Source: Candidatus Bathyarchaeota archaeon (GTDB taxonomy: Archaea; Thermoproteota; Bathyarchaeia; Bathyarchaeales; Bathyarchaeaceae). From it: a DNA stretch of 64,000 nucleotides. A program made the translations under genes and the position numbers. Location of the stretch: contig CAVOMX010000025.1 in NCBI GenBank assembly GCA_963697165.1, positions 32,001 through 96,000 on the forward strand, given 5' to 3'. The notes beneath the pieces were generated by a model, which saw nothing but the letters and a program-made list of their open reading frames with translations, was not told where the DNA came from and made no database searches. Positions 1 to 9,304 of the stretch are shown in pieces; the first letter of the stretch is position 1; every line of letters starts with the position of its first letter.

Positions 1-1082
1 CGCTTAGACAATTCTGCCAGCTCCCTACTCCTTCGGTTCAGCTCTCTTGGAGGAATGGGAAGCAGCTTCTCTGCGGGAGTACGCGGTCTAGAAAAGAATT
101 TTGACACATTAACAATGTCAGGCTTAATCTCAGCTATAAGCCTCTTTGTCTGGTCAAAAGCTTCTTTGCTCTCTCCGGGAAAACCGCAAATAACATCCGT
201 CGAAAGTGTTAACCTTGGAATCTCTTCCCTGAAAATCTGAACAACATTCGTGAACTCCTCTACAGTGTAACGCCGATTCATTAGCCTAAGAACCTTATCG
301 TCGCCGCTTTGGACAGGCAGATGTAGAAACTTGAAAACCTTCTTGCATTTGTATGCTTCAACGAGTTCATCAAGCATACCCAACACATGATCAGGATTCA
401 TCATCCCTAAACGAACAAAAAAGTCGCCTTCAACATCACAGACTCTCCCCAACAAATCCACAAGGCTACTGCCGATGTCTTTCCCGTAACATGCCGTATC
501 CTGAGAAGTCAACCAAAACTCCTTAACTCCAGAAACCAAATCCCGCCTCACCCGCTCAACAATTTCGTGAACAGGATTACTTCTCAGATGTCCCCTAGCA
601 AAATGAACACAACAATAAGAACAGTCGCCTAAACAGCCATAATTGATTGGAACAACGCTTACAAGAGGATTAACAGGAACCCGTGGAAGATACAAATCAG
701 AACTTGAAGTGGCTCCCAAAGAAATAACATTCTCTCCAGCAGCCACATGACCCAAAACGTCAACGATTTTGGCGCCCGGCGCTGGACCCGTTATCCCATC
801 AAACTCGACCTCGTTCTCTAAGCGCTCAAAATTTATCACAGGCAAACAACCCGTCACTATTAGTCGCTTGTCTTTTGGCGCCTTTCGTAAAATGTCTACG
901 ATACGGTTTTCTGTTTGAGATTTAACCGCGCACGTGTTGTAAACCAAGAATTCTGCGTCTTTAGGATTCTTAACGACCTCAAATCCAGCCTCTGAAAGAC
1001 ATCCTGCTATGACTTCCCCATCCGCAAGATTTGCTGAACACCCGAAACTCTTAATGTAAACCCGTTTAGACTTTTCAACCAT
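1..1082 (-). CDS. MiaB/MtaB-like tRNA methylthiotransferase (radical SAM); 3' end lies outside the window
   Basis: Hand translation from ATG 1082: MVEKSKRVYIKSFGCSANLADGEVIAGCL (UPF0004 N-terminus), YNTCAVK, and GCLGDCSYC (CxxxCxxC). Absent from the ORF track because it runs off the edge. Confidence 0.9.
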   Translation of the reverse strand, partial: MVEKSKRVYIKSFGCSANLADGEVIAGCLSEAGFEVVKNPKDAEFLVYNTCAVKSQTENRIVDILRKAPKDKRLIVTGCLPVINFERLENEVEFDGITGPAPGAKIVDVLGHVAAGENVISLGATSSSDLYLPRVPVNPLVSVVPINYGCLGDCSYCCVHFARGHLRSNPVHEIVERVRRDLVSGVKEFWLTSQDTACYGKDIGSSLVDLLGRVCDVEGDFFVRLGMMNPDHVLGMLDELVEAYKCKKVFKFLHLPVQSGDDKVLRLMNRRYTVEEFTNVVQIFREEIPRLTLSTDVICGFPGESKEAFDQTKRLIAEIKPDIVNVSKFFSRPRTPAEKLLPIPPRELNRRSRELAELSK

Positions 1083-1342
1083 AAAGTTTCAGCTCAAGTG
1101 TTACAGCCAAACGGTTACAGAATGCGTAATATTACTTATACGGTTTTAATGGTACGAGAGAAACATAAAGATTCTGTGGAGTGGCTTTTTTACATGAAGG
1201 GGCACACAGCAGCCAAAAACTTTGGCAAAAGCTTATAAAGTATTGTATGTTCATGTTTGAATCATATTTGTTTCTTAACATTAAGGCATATAAGATGCAA
1301 ACAGTCAGTTCTTAGTTAATCGACCCAACGGAGAGAATAAAA

Positions 1343-1498
1343 ATGAAAATGATTACACTACACTTGCCTGAGCCATACATTCAGGCACTAGATAATCTAG
1401 TTGACGAAAAATATTATCCAAACAGAGCCGAGGCAATCCGCACAGCGGTTAGAGATCTCCTCAGCATAGAGGCTTGGGGAAGAAGCAGAAATGGTTAG
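1343..1498 (+). CDS. Small ribbon-helix-helix (CopG/CdrS-like) regulator, 51 aa
   Basis: Hand translation MKMITLHLPEPYIQALDNLVDEKYYPNRAEAIRTAVRDLLSIEAWGRSRNG. Beta-strand plus PNRxEAIRxAVRD pattern. Confidence 0.85.
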   Translation: MKMITLHLPEPYIQALDNLVDEKYYPNRAEAIRTAVRDLLSIEAWGRSRNG

Positions 1499-1682
1499 AA
1501 ACATAGAAAAACTAATCAAACTCGAGTGCCCAAGGGAAATTTCAGAAATGAAAATAGACACAGCAGAAGTCTTTCCCACAAACCCCAAACTAGACCTCAT
1601 GGACATGGAACCCTGCGCAGAACAAGGAATCACGGTCCACGTCAACTTAGGTCTAGACCAGCTCGAAGAACAGGAAGAATAA
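1491..1682 (+). CDS. Small acidic hypothetical protein, 63 aa
   Basis: Overlaps the RHH stop codon by 8 nt, suggesting an operon. No recognised motif. Confidence 0.55.
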   Translation: MVRNIEKLIKLECPREISEMKIDTAEVFPTNPKLDLMDMEPCAEQGITVHVNLGLDQLEEQEE

Positions 1683-1702
1683 ACTCTTCCATCCCAAATT
1701 TC

Positions 1703-2338
1703 TCAAATTTTCCTTTTCAAACCTAATGCCGTTCTTTCAAGCCTAATTTTCCAAGGTATCCCACGTCCTCTAGGAACCACAGCACCCCGTTTTATAGCAT
1801 CAACAATTTCGTCAACATCAGAATCAGCCTCAACAACAGTGTAGGCTGACCCAATTTCAGGAGCATAATGCGAATCGCTCCCACCAGTCTGCGGAAGACC
1901 TAAACCATCAGCAAACCTTTTGCTAAAATACGTCAAAACAGAAAAAGGAACAGAAGACGCATTCATCACCTCAACAGCATCATAAGAACTTACACTTCTG
2001 CTAGGCGGCGACTTATAGAATGCAGTAGGATGAGGAGCCACAGCGATTCCCCCAACGTCATGAATTCTTTGGATAGTCTCTTCAATGCCCAGTTTTGCGG
2101 GTATCGAAGTGGTTACGTTAATCCCGAGAAGATGACCATCCAAGGTGGATACTTCTATTCCGGGAACTATGAGTAGGTCACGTGTTTTTAGTTTGAGGGC
2201 GCCTTTGACGGTGTTGTGGTCTGTGACTGCAACTCCATCCAGTCCCCGCTTCTTAGCGAAGACAACAACTTCCTTGAGAGTTATAGAAGAGTCACAAGAA
2301 TAGCATGTGTGGACGTGAAAGTCTATTTTAAGCCCCAA
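1703..2338 (-). CDS. PHP-domain metal-dependent phosphoesterase
   Basis: DFHVHT, VTDHN, GIEVST, HP and GGSDSH motifs. Confidence 0.9.
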   Translation of the reverse strand: MGLKIDFHVHTCYSCDSSITLKEVVVFAKKRGLDGVAVTDHNTVKGALKLKTRDLLIVPGIEVSTLDGHLLGINVTTSIPAKLGIEETIQRIHDVGGIAVAPHPTAFYKSPPSRSVSSYDAVEVMNASSVPFSVLTYFSKRFADGLGLPQTGGSDSHYAPEIGSAYTVVEADSDVDEIVDAIKRGAVVPRGRGIPWKIRLERTALGLKRKI

Positions 2339-2362
2339 AAGCTTCCCTTCATATCGCCCATT

Positions 2363-4048
2363 CTATACTTTAGACTTTTGCAGTTTAGTCCTCGCTTTAT
2401 CCAGATTTGCCTGAAGCGTCTCTTCATTACCCTCTATTTTGCTGAACAGAGGCTTCGCCTTGCTTATCTTGTGGTCTGGAGGAAGCTCTTTTTCGGTTTC
2501 GTTCCACGTTTGCTCATGAACAGACCCGTCCAGATTGAGGAGCATCCAGAGCTTCTCTGCCGTGAAGGGAATGAAGGGCTCCATAATTATCGCCAACTGT
2601 TTCACGATTTGGGCAGCAACATAGAGGGTGTTTGCTGACTCTTGGCGGTCGGTCTTCATGGTTTTCCATGGCTCCTTCTCGTTGAAGTATCTGTTGCCCA
2701 AGTGGCTTAGGCTTATGGCGTAACGTAGAGCTTCCTGCAGTTTGAAGATTTCCAGCCTTTCTGCAGTTTTGTCCACAATTTCTTTAGCTTCTTTTAGAAC
2801 CGCCTCGTCTTTTTCGTCGAGGTTGCTTGGCTGCGGCACTGTGCTGCCGAATTGTTTGTTTATGAAGGTTAATGTTCTGTGTATGAAGTTGCCGAGGGTG
2901 TCGTTTAGGTCGGAGTTCACTTTTTCGATGAGTGTTGTCCATGAAAAGTTGGTGTCTTTAACTTCAGGCCTTATGGACATAAGGGAGTATCTCCAGTAGT
3001 CTGCCGGAAAGAGTTCTAGTGCCTCGTCTATCCAGATTCCTATTCTTCGGCTCTTGGAGAATGCTTGACCATCAAACATCAGAAACTCTGTGGAGTGGAC
3101 CGTCCAAGGCAGATTATAGGGTTCGTGGGTAGCCAACAGCAAAGCAGGCAAGATAATAGTGTGAAATGGAATGTTGTCTTTCCCAATGAAGTAAAGCGTT
3201 TTCGCTTCTTTGTCGAACCAGTATTCCTTCCACCGCTCTTCCTGCCCCAACCTCTTGAAGTACTGGATAGTGGCTGAAATGTATCCCAGAACGGCTTCAA
3301 CCCACACATAGATTGTCTTATCCTCAGATCCCGGAAAAGGCGACTGAATTCCCCATTTGTTGTCTCGTGTGACTGGTCTAGGTTTTAGTCCTTCTTTTAG
3401 AATGTTCAAAGTGAAGTTCCGCGCATTATCAGGCAAATTTTCGTTATTCTGAATATAGTCCCGAAGCTTTTCAGTTAACTTTGGCAAATCAAAATACCAA
3501 TGCTTCCGTGTCTCAACAATTGGCGCAGAATTGCATATTGCACAGCGAGGCTCCAAAAGATTTGTGGGCTCAAGAAGGTTCCCACAGGCGTCACACTGAT
3601 CTCCCCGAGCACCAGCGTCTCCGCAGCGGGGGCAAATTCCCTCCACGAACCTGTCAGGCAGGAACCGATCACACTTTGGACAGTAAAGCTGCTCGGTTTC
3701 TTGTGTGAAAATATAGCCGTTCTCGTAGATTTTCAGCAAAAAGTCGTGTACAAATTCTTTGTGCACAGGATTTTCTGTGCGTGTATAGTTGCTAAATGCT
3801 ATGCCCCACCGTTCAAAGAGGCTCGCGATTTGTGCATGGTTCCGGTCTGTCAACTGTTTTGGAGGAATATTCAATCGAAAAGCCTCTATCTCGATGGGAG
3901 TCCCATGCTCATCGGAGCCAGTTACGTACACAACATCTTCTCCCTTTAGCCGATAATAGCGGGCTACAACATCGGCTGAAAGAATTGAGCTTACAATATT
4001 TCCTAGATGCGGCACATAATTGATGTAAGGCCACGCCGAGGTAACCAA
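2363..4048 (-). CDS. metG: Methionyl-tRNA synthetase
   Basis: TSAWPYINYVPHLGN (HIGH), GSDEHG, Zn knuckles, YVWVEA, IGKDNIPFH, FSKS. True start may be a few codons upstream. Confidence 0.97.
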   Translation of the reverse strand: MVTSAWPYINYVPHLGNIVSSILSADVVARYYRLKGEDVVYVTGSDEHGTPIEIEAFRLNIPPKQLTDRNHAQIASLFERWGIAFSNYTRTENPVHKEFVHDFLLKIYENGYIFTQETEQLYCPKCDRFLPDRFVEGICPRCGDAGARGDQCDACGNLLEPTNLLEPRCAICNSAPIVETRKHWYFDLPKLTEKLRDYIQNNENLPDNARNFTLNILKEGLKPRPVTRDNKWGIQSPFPGSEDKTIYVWVEAVLGYISATIQYFKRLGQEERWKEYWFDKEAKTLYFIGKDNIPFHTIILPALLLATHEPYNLPWTVHSTEFLMFDGQAFSKSRRIGIWIDEALELFPADYWRYSLMSIRPEVKDTNFSWTTLIEKVNSDLNDTLGNFIHRTLTFINKQFGSTVPQPSNLDEKDEAVLKEAKEIVDKTAERLEIFKLQEALRYAISLSHLGNRYFNEKEPWKTMKTDRQESANTLYVAAQIVKQLAIIMEPFIPFTAEKLWMLLNLDGSVHEQTWNETEKELPPDHKISKAKPLFSKIEGNEETLQANLDKARTKLQKSKV

Positions 4049-4320
4049 AAACTTAGTGAACGCAACACACCTCCAAAAATGTTTTCAAGCACAACAATTT
4101 CTTTATGAAGATAATGTACTTAAAGACAACGGAAACAAAAACAGACACAGCAAACAAAGAAACGGTTAGTAAAAAGCTTGAGTGTAAGAAAAAATGGGAC
4201 ACAACAACGAGTTTACTTTTAATTTCTTGGGAATAAACTGAATTTTGGATCGATAATAACAGAATAAAATCAGGTTCTAGAGTTTGGTGGGCTTCTTGCG
4301 AAAATATATAAAAAAGGGAG

Positions 4321-4629
4321 TTAGGGTGTTTCTGCTTCACCCACTGGCTCTTTTCCGGTTCCAAGGAATCCACGATTCGATGCAAAGTAGACGTTTACTG
4401 GTTTTTCGTTTCGTAGAACGTCTATTACGTTTTCGAACATTGTTGAGGGGAGATGCATTCTTATGATTTCGCCTGAAGTATAGTCGTTTTCGAATGTCAT
4501 TCCGGGGTCATTGAATCTCACGTAGGCGACGACTTTGTTGTTATTGTAGAGAGTTATTTGTGCTCTGTTTGTTTGATATCCTGTTGGGCTTCCGTAGAAG
4601 AGAACATGGTATCCGGTAACGTTTACCAT
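4321..4629 (-). CDS. Hypothetical protein, 102 aa
   Basis: Clean ORF with AGGTGA RBS; C-terminal LRNEKPV...EPVGE pattern. Confidence 0.7.
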   Translation of the reverse strand: MVNVTGYHVLFYGSPTGYQTNRAQITLYNNNKVVAYVRFNDPGMTFENDYTSGEIIRMHLPSTMFENVIDVLRNEKPVNVYFASNRGFLGTGKEPVGEAETP

Positions 4630-4892
4630 TCATTTCACCTAATCCGTATCTTGAATATTGATTCTTAATAAACATTATCGTTTCTGAGGGCTACACAAAT
4701 ACACATCAAACAAGGCGCCGAAAAATGCACGCAAAGCAGATTTGCGAGTTTCATCCTGTTTACAATATTGAATAAAAAGGTATCCCGCAAAAATCCAGAG
4801 TTGGATCAGTGTGTCCAATAACGGTAACCTGAGTCTCGAAACTTGTCAGTCTTGCCGCTAAGGATAGAATGGAAAACTAACGCGCAAAATAG

Positions 4893-4915
4893 TGCGAGGG
4901 TTGGGATTCGAACCC
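4893..4915 (-). other. Isolated tRNA 3' fragment (T-arm plus acceptor 3' strand, Leu-like); possible att scar
   Basis: Reverse complement reads GGGTTCGAATCCCAACCCTCGCA. No D-arm or anticodon arm continues. Confidence 0.55.
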
Positions 4916-5116
4916 TCTGACGTGGAGATGCACCTAATTCCCTCTTTTTTATCACAAAACTCAAAGTAAATCAAGTCCCCATTTTGGTGATTTCATAATA
5001 CGCCCAAAATTGAATGGTTTGTAATGGCACGTATCTAGCATATTTTTTACGGAAAACTCTTCAATCAAGACAATCCAATAATGGGAAGAGGAAAACGCTA
5101 ATGGTGACTGACGGAA

Positions 5117-6370
5117 ATGATACGGAGCATGGAACCAAACAGTTTGGTTGTCTTTGATGTTGAAGGAATTCTGATACCAAAGAACCGTTATCTCCTCTTT
5201 GAGATATCAAGAATACTTGGATTTTTGGGTTTCATACGAATTATTACATTAGGATTCCTTTACGAAACTGGGCTATTACATCTAGAATCTGCCATGAAAA
5301 GAATATTTATGATGTTCAAAGGACTTAGCGCAAAAGAATTCTTTCAAATTCACAAAAAAATACCTCTGACGCCAGGAACTGAAGAAGTTTTCAAAAGATT
5401 AAACAAGAACGGGTATAGGACAGCATTGATTAGTTCAGGTCTTCCCACACAAGTTGTAAAAGATTTTGCCACCAGACTGCAGGCTGACTACGCATATGGT
5501 CTAGAACTGGAAATAATTGATGAACGTTTGACTGGAGCCATAGGAGGCGACGTGATTAAACAGGGAGGCAAGGCAGTAGTACTGAAAAGAATCCTCGAAA
5601 AAGAAAAATTAACCCCCAAAGAGTGCGTCATGGTTGCTGATGACCGAAACAACATTTCAATGTTTCCTTTATGCAAATTGAGGATAGGCTACAATCCCGA
5701 TTTTGTTTTAACCGCAAAATCCGACTTTGTCACAAGAGGCGCACTGACAGAAATTTTGCCTCCAATAACAGGAGAAAACTCGCCAGCGTCTCCAGTGGGC
5801 ATAACAAAAAGTCGAGGCCTAAGAGAAGCAATCCACACGGGCAGTTTTCTGTTAATATTTGTTTGCATATACATTCTCGGAAATGTTTTGGTCGCTTCGT
5901 TGATACTTCTTGTAACCGTCCTTTACACAGCATCTGAGATTGCCAGAGTACGCGAAATCAACATTCCCATACTGTCATTGATAACTTGGAATGCAGCAAA
6001 CAAAACTGAACTCTACGAATTTGCGACAGCTCCAATCCATTTTGCTTTAGGTATAGCGATTTCTCTTCTCGTCTTTCCAGCGCCTATATGTTACGTAGCA
6101 ATCACAGTGCTCACTTTAGGCGATGGTTGTGCTCACATTTTTGGAATGAAGTTTGGAAGAACCCGCCTGCCATTCAACAAAGGAAAGAATTTGGAAGGAA
6201 CAATCTGCGGTTTTCTGTTTGCCTTTTTTGGAGCAACGATTTTTGTTGACCCAACCAGAGCTTTTATTGTAGCCGCCGTTGGAATGCTAATTGAAAGCCT
6301 CCCGCTACCCATAAACGATAACATAACCCTGCCCATAGCCGCTGGACTAATGCTTAACCTAATTTCGTAA
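5117..6370 (+). CDS. SerB-like HAD phosphatase fused to a membrane CTP-dependent polyprenol/dolichol kinase-like domain
   Basis: N-terminal FDVEG, ISSG, K, ADDRNN HAD motifs. C-terminal transmembrane domain with REAIH, LGDG, GKNLEG, DNITLP. Confidence 0.8.
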   Translation: MIRSMEPNSLVVFDVEGILIPKNRYLLFEISRILGFLGFIRIITLGFLYETGLLHLESAMKRIFMMFKGLSAKEFFQIHKKIPLTPGTEEVFKRLNKNGYRTALISSGLPTQVVKDFATRLQADYAYGLELEIIDERLTGAIGGDVIKQGGKAVVLKRILEKEKLTPKECVMVADDRNNISMFPLCKLRIGYNPDFVLTAKSDFVTRGALTEILPPITGENSPASPVGITKSRGLREAIHTGSFLLIFVCIYILGNVLVASLILLVTVLYTASEIARVREINIPILSLITWNAANKTELYEFATAPIHFALGIAISLLVFPAPICYVAITVLTLGDGCAHIFGMKFGRTRLPFNKGKNLEGTICGFLFAFFGATIFVDPTRAFIVAAVGMLIESLPLPINDNITLPIAAGLMLNLIS

Positions 6371-6479
6371 TGCAAAACTGGTAGTTACGATACAATTAAA
6401 AGATTGCAGGTTATCATATAATATCGATTCGGCAAATTGATAGCCCGCAACAGAATTGATTTAATGGAGTTTTCTCTGC

Positions 6480-7085
6480 TTGGCAGAATCGGATAAAATT
6501 GAGTATAGACCCATCTCTGTTCGTGAAGCTCTCACAGAAATGAAAGATGTTTCAGAGATTATGATAGACTTAGCGTATTCAGCAGCCCTTTTCAATAGCA
6601 ACGAACTCGCAGAAGAGGTTATGGAACTCGAAAAAAGGGTAGATTACCTAGATTACATCATAGACATGAACGTCATGCTGGCAGTCAGAGACGCGGAAGA
6701 CGCAGAACACCTCACCGCGGTGACGACCGTAGCCGCAGCCACCAACAAAATTTCAGACGCAGCCGCTGACATAGCAGCCATTGTTCTAAAAAATATTGGA
6801 ATCCACCCCATAGTCCGAAAAGCATTTGAACAAGTTGAAGAACGGCTAGCACGAGCAATAGTCAAACCGGACTCAATATTAGTCAACAAGAAACTTGGAA
6901 AGTTAGAATTAGCTGCAAAGATAGGAGTTGACGTGATAGCTATTCGAAGGCAAAAAGAATGGATCATAGACCCCAGAGACGAAGAAAAGATTGTAAAAGA
7001 CGACGTTTTAATTGCCAGAGGAGCACCTCATGGCGTTGACGAACTAAAAGTTCTAGCATCAGGTAAACAAAAAGAGATGGAATGA
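6480..7085 (+). CDS. PhoU-like + TrkA-C (RCK_C) protein
   Basis: MKDVSEIMIDLAYSA helical domain plus VIAIRR...DVLIARG RCK_C domain. Confidence 0.85.
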   Translation: MAESDKIEYRPISVREALTEMKDVSEIMIDLAYSAALFNSNELAEEVMELEKRVDYLDYIIDMNVMLAVRDAEDAEHLTAVTTVAAATNKISDAAADIAAIVLKNIGIHPIVRKAFEQVEERLARAIVKPDSILVNKKLGKLELAAKIGVDVIAIRRQKEWIIDPRDEEKIVKDDVLIARGAPHGVDELKVLASGKQKEME

Positions 7086-7097
7086 GGAAAAAAGTCA

Positions 7098-7700
7098 GTG
7101 ACTATAACGGAAGAACATTTCAAAAAAATTGTTGAAAAACTCGTGCTTCTAAAAGACACCTCTGAAATCATGATAGACCTCGCATACTCTTCGCTCCTTC
7201 TCAACAGTCAAGCATTAGCCGAAGAAGTTGCAGCCCTAGAAAATTACATGGACAACCTCCACACAGAATTTGAACTCCTAATTTTGTCTAGCGGTTTTAC
7301 GCCAAAAGAATCCAAAGACTTCCTTGGGCTAATACGATTAGGAGTAGTCATAGAAAAAATAGCAGACGCAGCCATGGAAATCGCCTACGTCGTACTAAGA
7401 GGACTGGAACCCCATCCGATACTGAGGCTTGTAATAGAGGAAGCGGAAGAAACAGTGACAAAGGTTACCGTTTCAGCGGTCTCCACGTTAGTAGGAAAGA
7501 CAATTAGAGAAGCCCAACTTCAAGAGGAGACTGGAATGGGGGTTCTAGTTATCAGAAGAGGCACCTGTTGGTTGCGACCCCGCCCCGACACAGTGATTTG
7601 GTCAAGCGACATTTTGATTGCCGCAGGTTACGCCGAAGGAGAAGAAGACTTTAAGGCCTTAGCGTCAGGCAATAAACAACAATCTGAGGAAGAGTCTTAG
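7098..7700 (+). CDS. PhoU-like + TrkA-C protein (tandem paralog)
   Basis: KDTSEIMIDLAYSS...VIRRG...DILIAAG; visibly paralogous to the upstream gene. Confidence 0.85.
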   Translation: MTITEEHFKKIVEKLVLLKDTSEIMIDLAYSSLLLNSQALAEEVAALENYMDNLHTEFELLILSSGFTPKESKDFLGLIRLGVVIEKIADAAMEIAYVVLRGLEPHPILRLVIEEAEETVTKVTVSAVSTLVGKTIREAQLQEETGMGVLVIRRGTCWLRPRPDTVIWSSDILIAAGYAEGEEDFKALASGNKQQSEEES

Positions 7701-7716
7701 AGACATATTCGAGTTT

Positions 7717-8949
7717 TCAGACAATAAGAGCCAATGCAATAATAACAGCGGCTGTTGTCATTGTGTCTGCTAAGGAGCTTTCGATTGGAATTACAAAATT
7801 ATCTGGGTTCCAGCCGCGCCTGAAAGTGAAGATTGCCACAGAATAGGCAATAACGATCATAATAGAGACAGAAAGGGCATTTGTTGTTAAGAGTTGGATA
7901 ATAAATATTGCTAGGTCCCCTAACTTTGCTGTACCACTGATAAACGAAGACAACATCGCATAGATTACAAACATTATAACCGATGCTGACCATGCTCCGC
8001 CTATCTCGTTTATGTGCTGCTTTATGGATGAAAATGAGGGCTTGATTAAACCCAACGCAAGTTTTGTAGTGGCTGTTGAACCGATTATCGAGCCTACTCC
8101 TCCAATAGTTGCAATAATGGCGGGGTAAACAGCGTATATCGCTTTTCCACTAGCGATTCCAGTTATCCTGTTTAACAAAGAACCAGTAACGTTAACAATT
8201 ACAGTAACAAACAACAAAGTCAAAAGAAACTCTTTAATTATTCCAACAAAATTTGTGTCACCAACATTTTTTGCCAAAATGTAAGCCACAAAACAGATGA
8301 AAAATATGTCCAGCATCCAAATCAAATATCGCCCAAAGGAACCAAACAAGAAAAATAGAGCCAAACTGAAGACGTAGCAACTGGTGTTAATAATATCGGA
8401 CACTGGAGAAGTCACAGGATACACAACAACATCCGGATCCAGCCCTCGCCTAAATGAAAACACTGAAAAAATCATCGTTAAAGGTGAAACAAACACCACA
8501 GACAAAGCCATTGTAGCAATAATCACTGCAAGTAACGGAATAAAATCGATTACAGCGGCATTCCAAAGAAACACGCCAAAAACCCAAGTTCCAACTCCCA
8601 CACTGACGCCGCTTACAAGAGCCAATGTAACAATCACACGGAGAATGGTTTGAAAATCTTTAGTGTTTTTTGTCAAAACTGGTTTGATGGTTCCCAAGTG
8701 CAATCCAGTTCCCAAATGCCCACTAAAAAGACCCCCAACAGCACCTCTAACGCTCAGAATACCCGGAAACAGAAACAGCGCCCATGGAGCCTCATCGATA
8801 GATAAAACACCAAAATATAGAACAAGCAGGGTTCCAGTTAGTAACCCAATTAAATCAAACGATAAAGACAGTATAGACTGACCGAGACTGTTTTTCAGCT
8901 TCTTTTTGGACAGAGCTCCGCCTATGTTGGTCTTCGTCATCGCTGTCAC
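7717..8949 (-). CDS. Archaeal MgtE/SLC41-type divalent cation transporter (duplicated membrane domain)
   Basis: Two repeats of P..RG/GG.G and (G)xDPD/NPDN..P...D motifs; about 10 TM segments. Confidence 0.85.
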   Translation of the reverse strand: MTAMTKTNIGGALSKKKLKNSLGQSILSLSFDLIGLLTGTLLVLYFGVLSIDEAPWALFLFPGILSVRGAVGGLFSGHLGTGLHLGTIKPVLTKNTKDFQTILRVIVTLALVSGVSVGVGTWVFGVFLWNAAVIDFIPLLAVIIATMALSVVFVSPLTMIFSVFSFRRGLDPDVVVYPVTSPVSDIINTSCYVFSLALFFLFGSFGRYLIWMLDIFFICFVAYILAKNVGDTNFVGIIKEFLLTLLFVTVIVNVTGSLLNRITGIASGKAIYAVYPAIIATIGGVGSIIGSTATTKLALGLIKPSFSSIKQHINEIGGAWSASVIMFVIYAMLSSFISGTAKLGDLAIFIIQLLTTNALSVSIMIVIAYSVAIFTFRRGWNPDNFVIPIESSLADTMTTAAVIIALALIV

Positions 8950-9304
8950 TTCCGTCCATCCAGCTTAGCCTCCCAGTTCTTGAATGTGAACCCTCTGCAG
9001 TGGCATGGAGCGTACAGCTGAGCATGTAGAGTTCTTGACCCATTACTGGATCGGCACTCCCACGTAACATTAACACAGCTTTATGTCGCTCCTATTACAA
9101 AATAGACTTAACAATAGCCCTTAAAGGCTTTTTGTACAATCTTTCAGCACAATATACCTTATAACAAAAACAAAAGAATGAGTGAGAAAAAGGGGAAATT
9201 AGAGGAGTCCCTGAGCACCAACAATTGTTACGTTTATAGTCTCCGTTAACTCAGTCTTCAATGGCCATTAGCAAAAAAAGAAAAAGTGGGTAGATGTACA
9301 GACA

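Noticed and set aside
8855..9076. Canonical M-box riboswitch, or a 73-aa leader ORF
   Set aside because: Only short words match and they are not in M-box order; the ORF overlaps mgtE out of frame and has no motif. Kept only as an unclassified structured-leader candidate.
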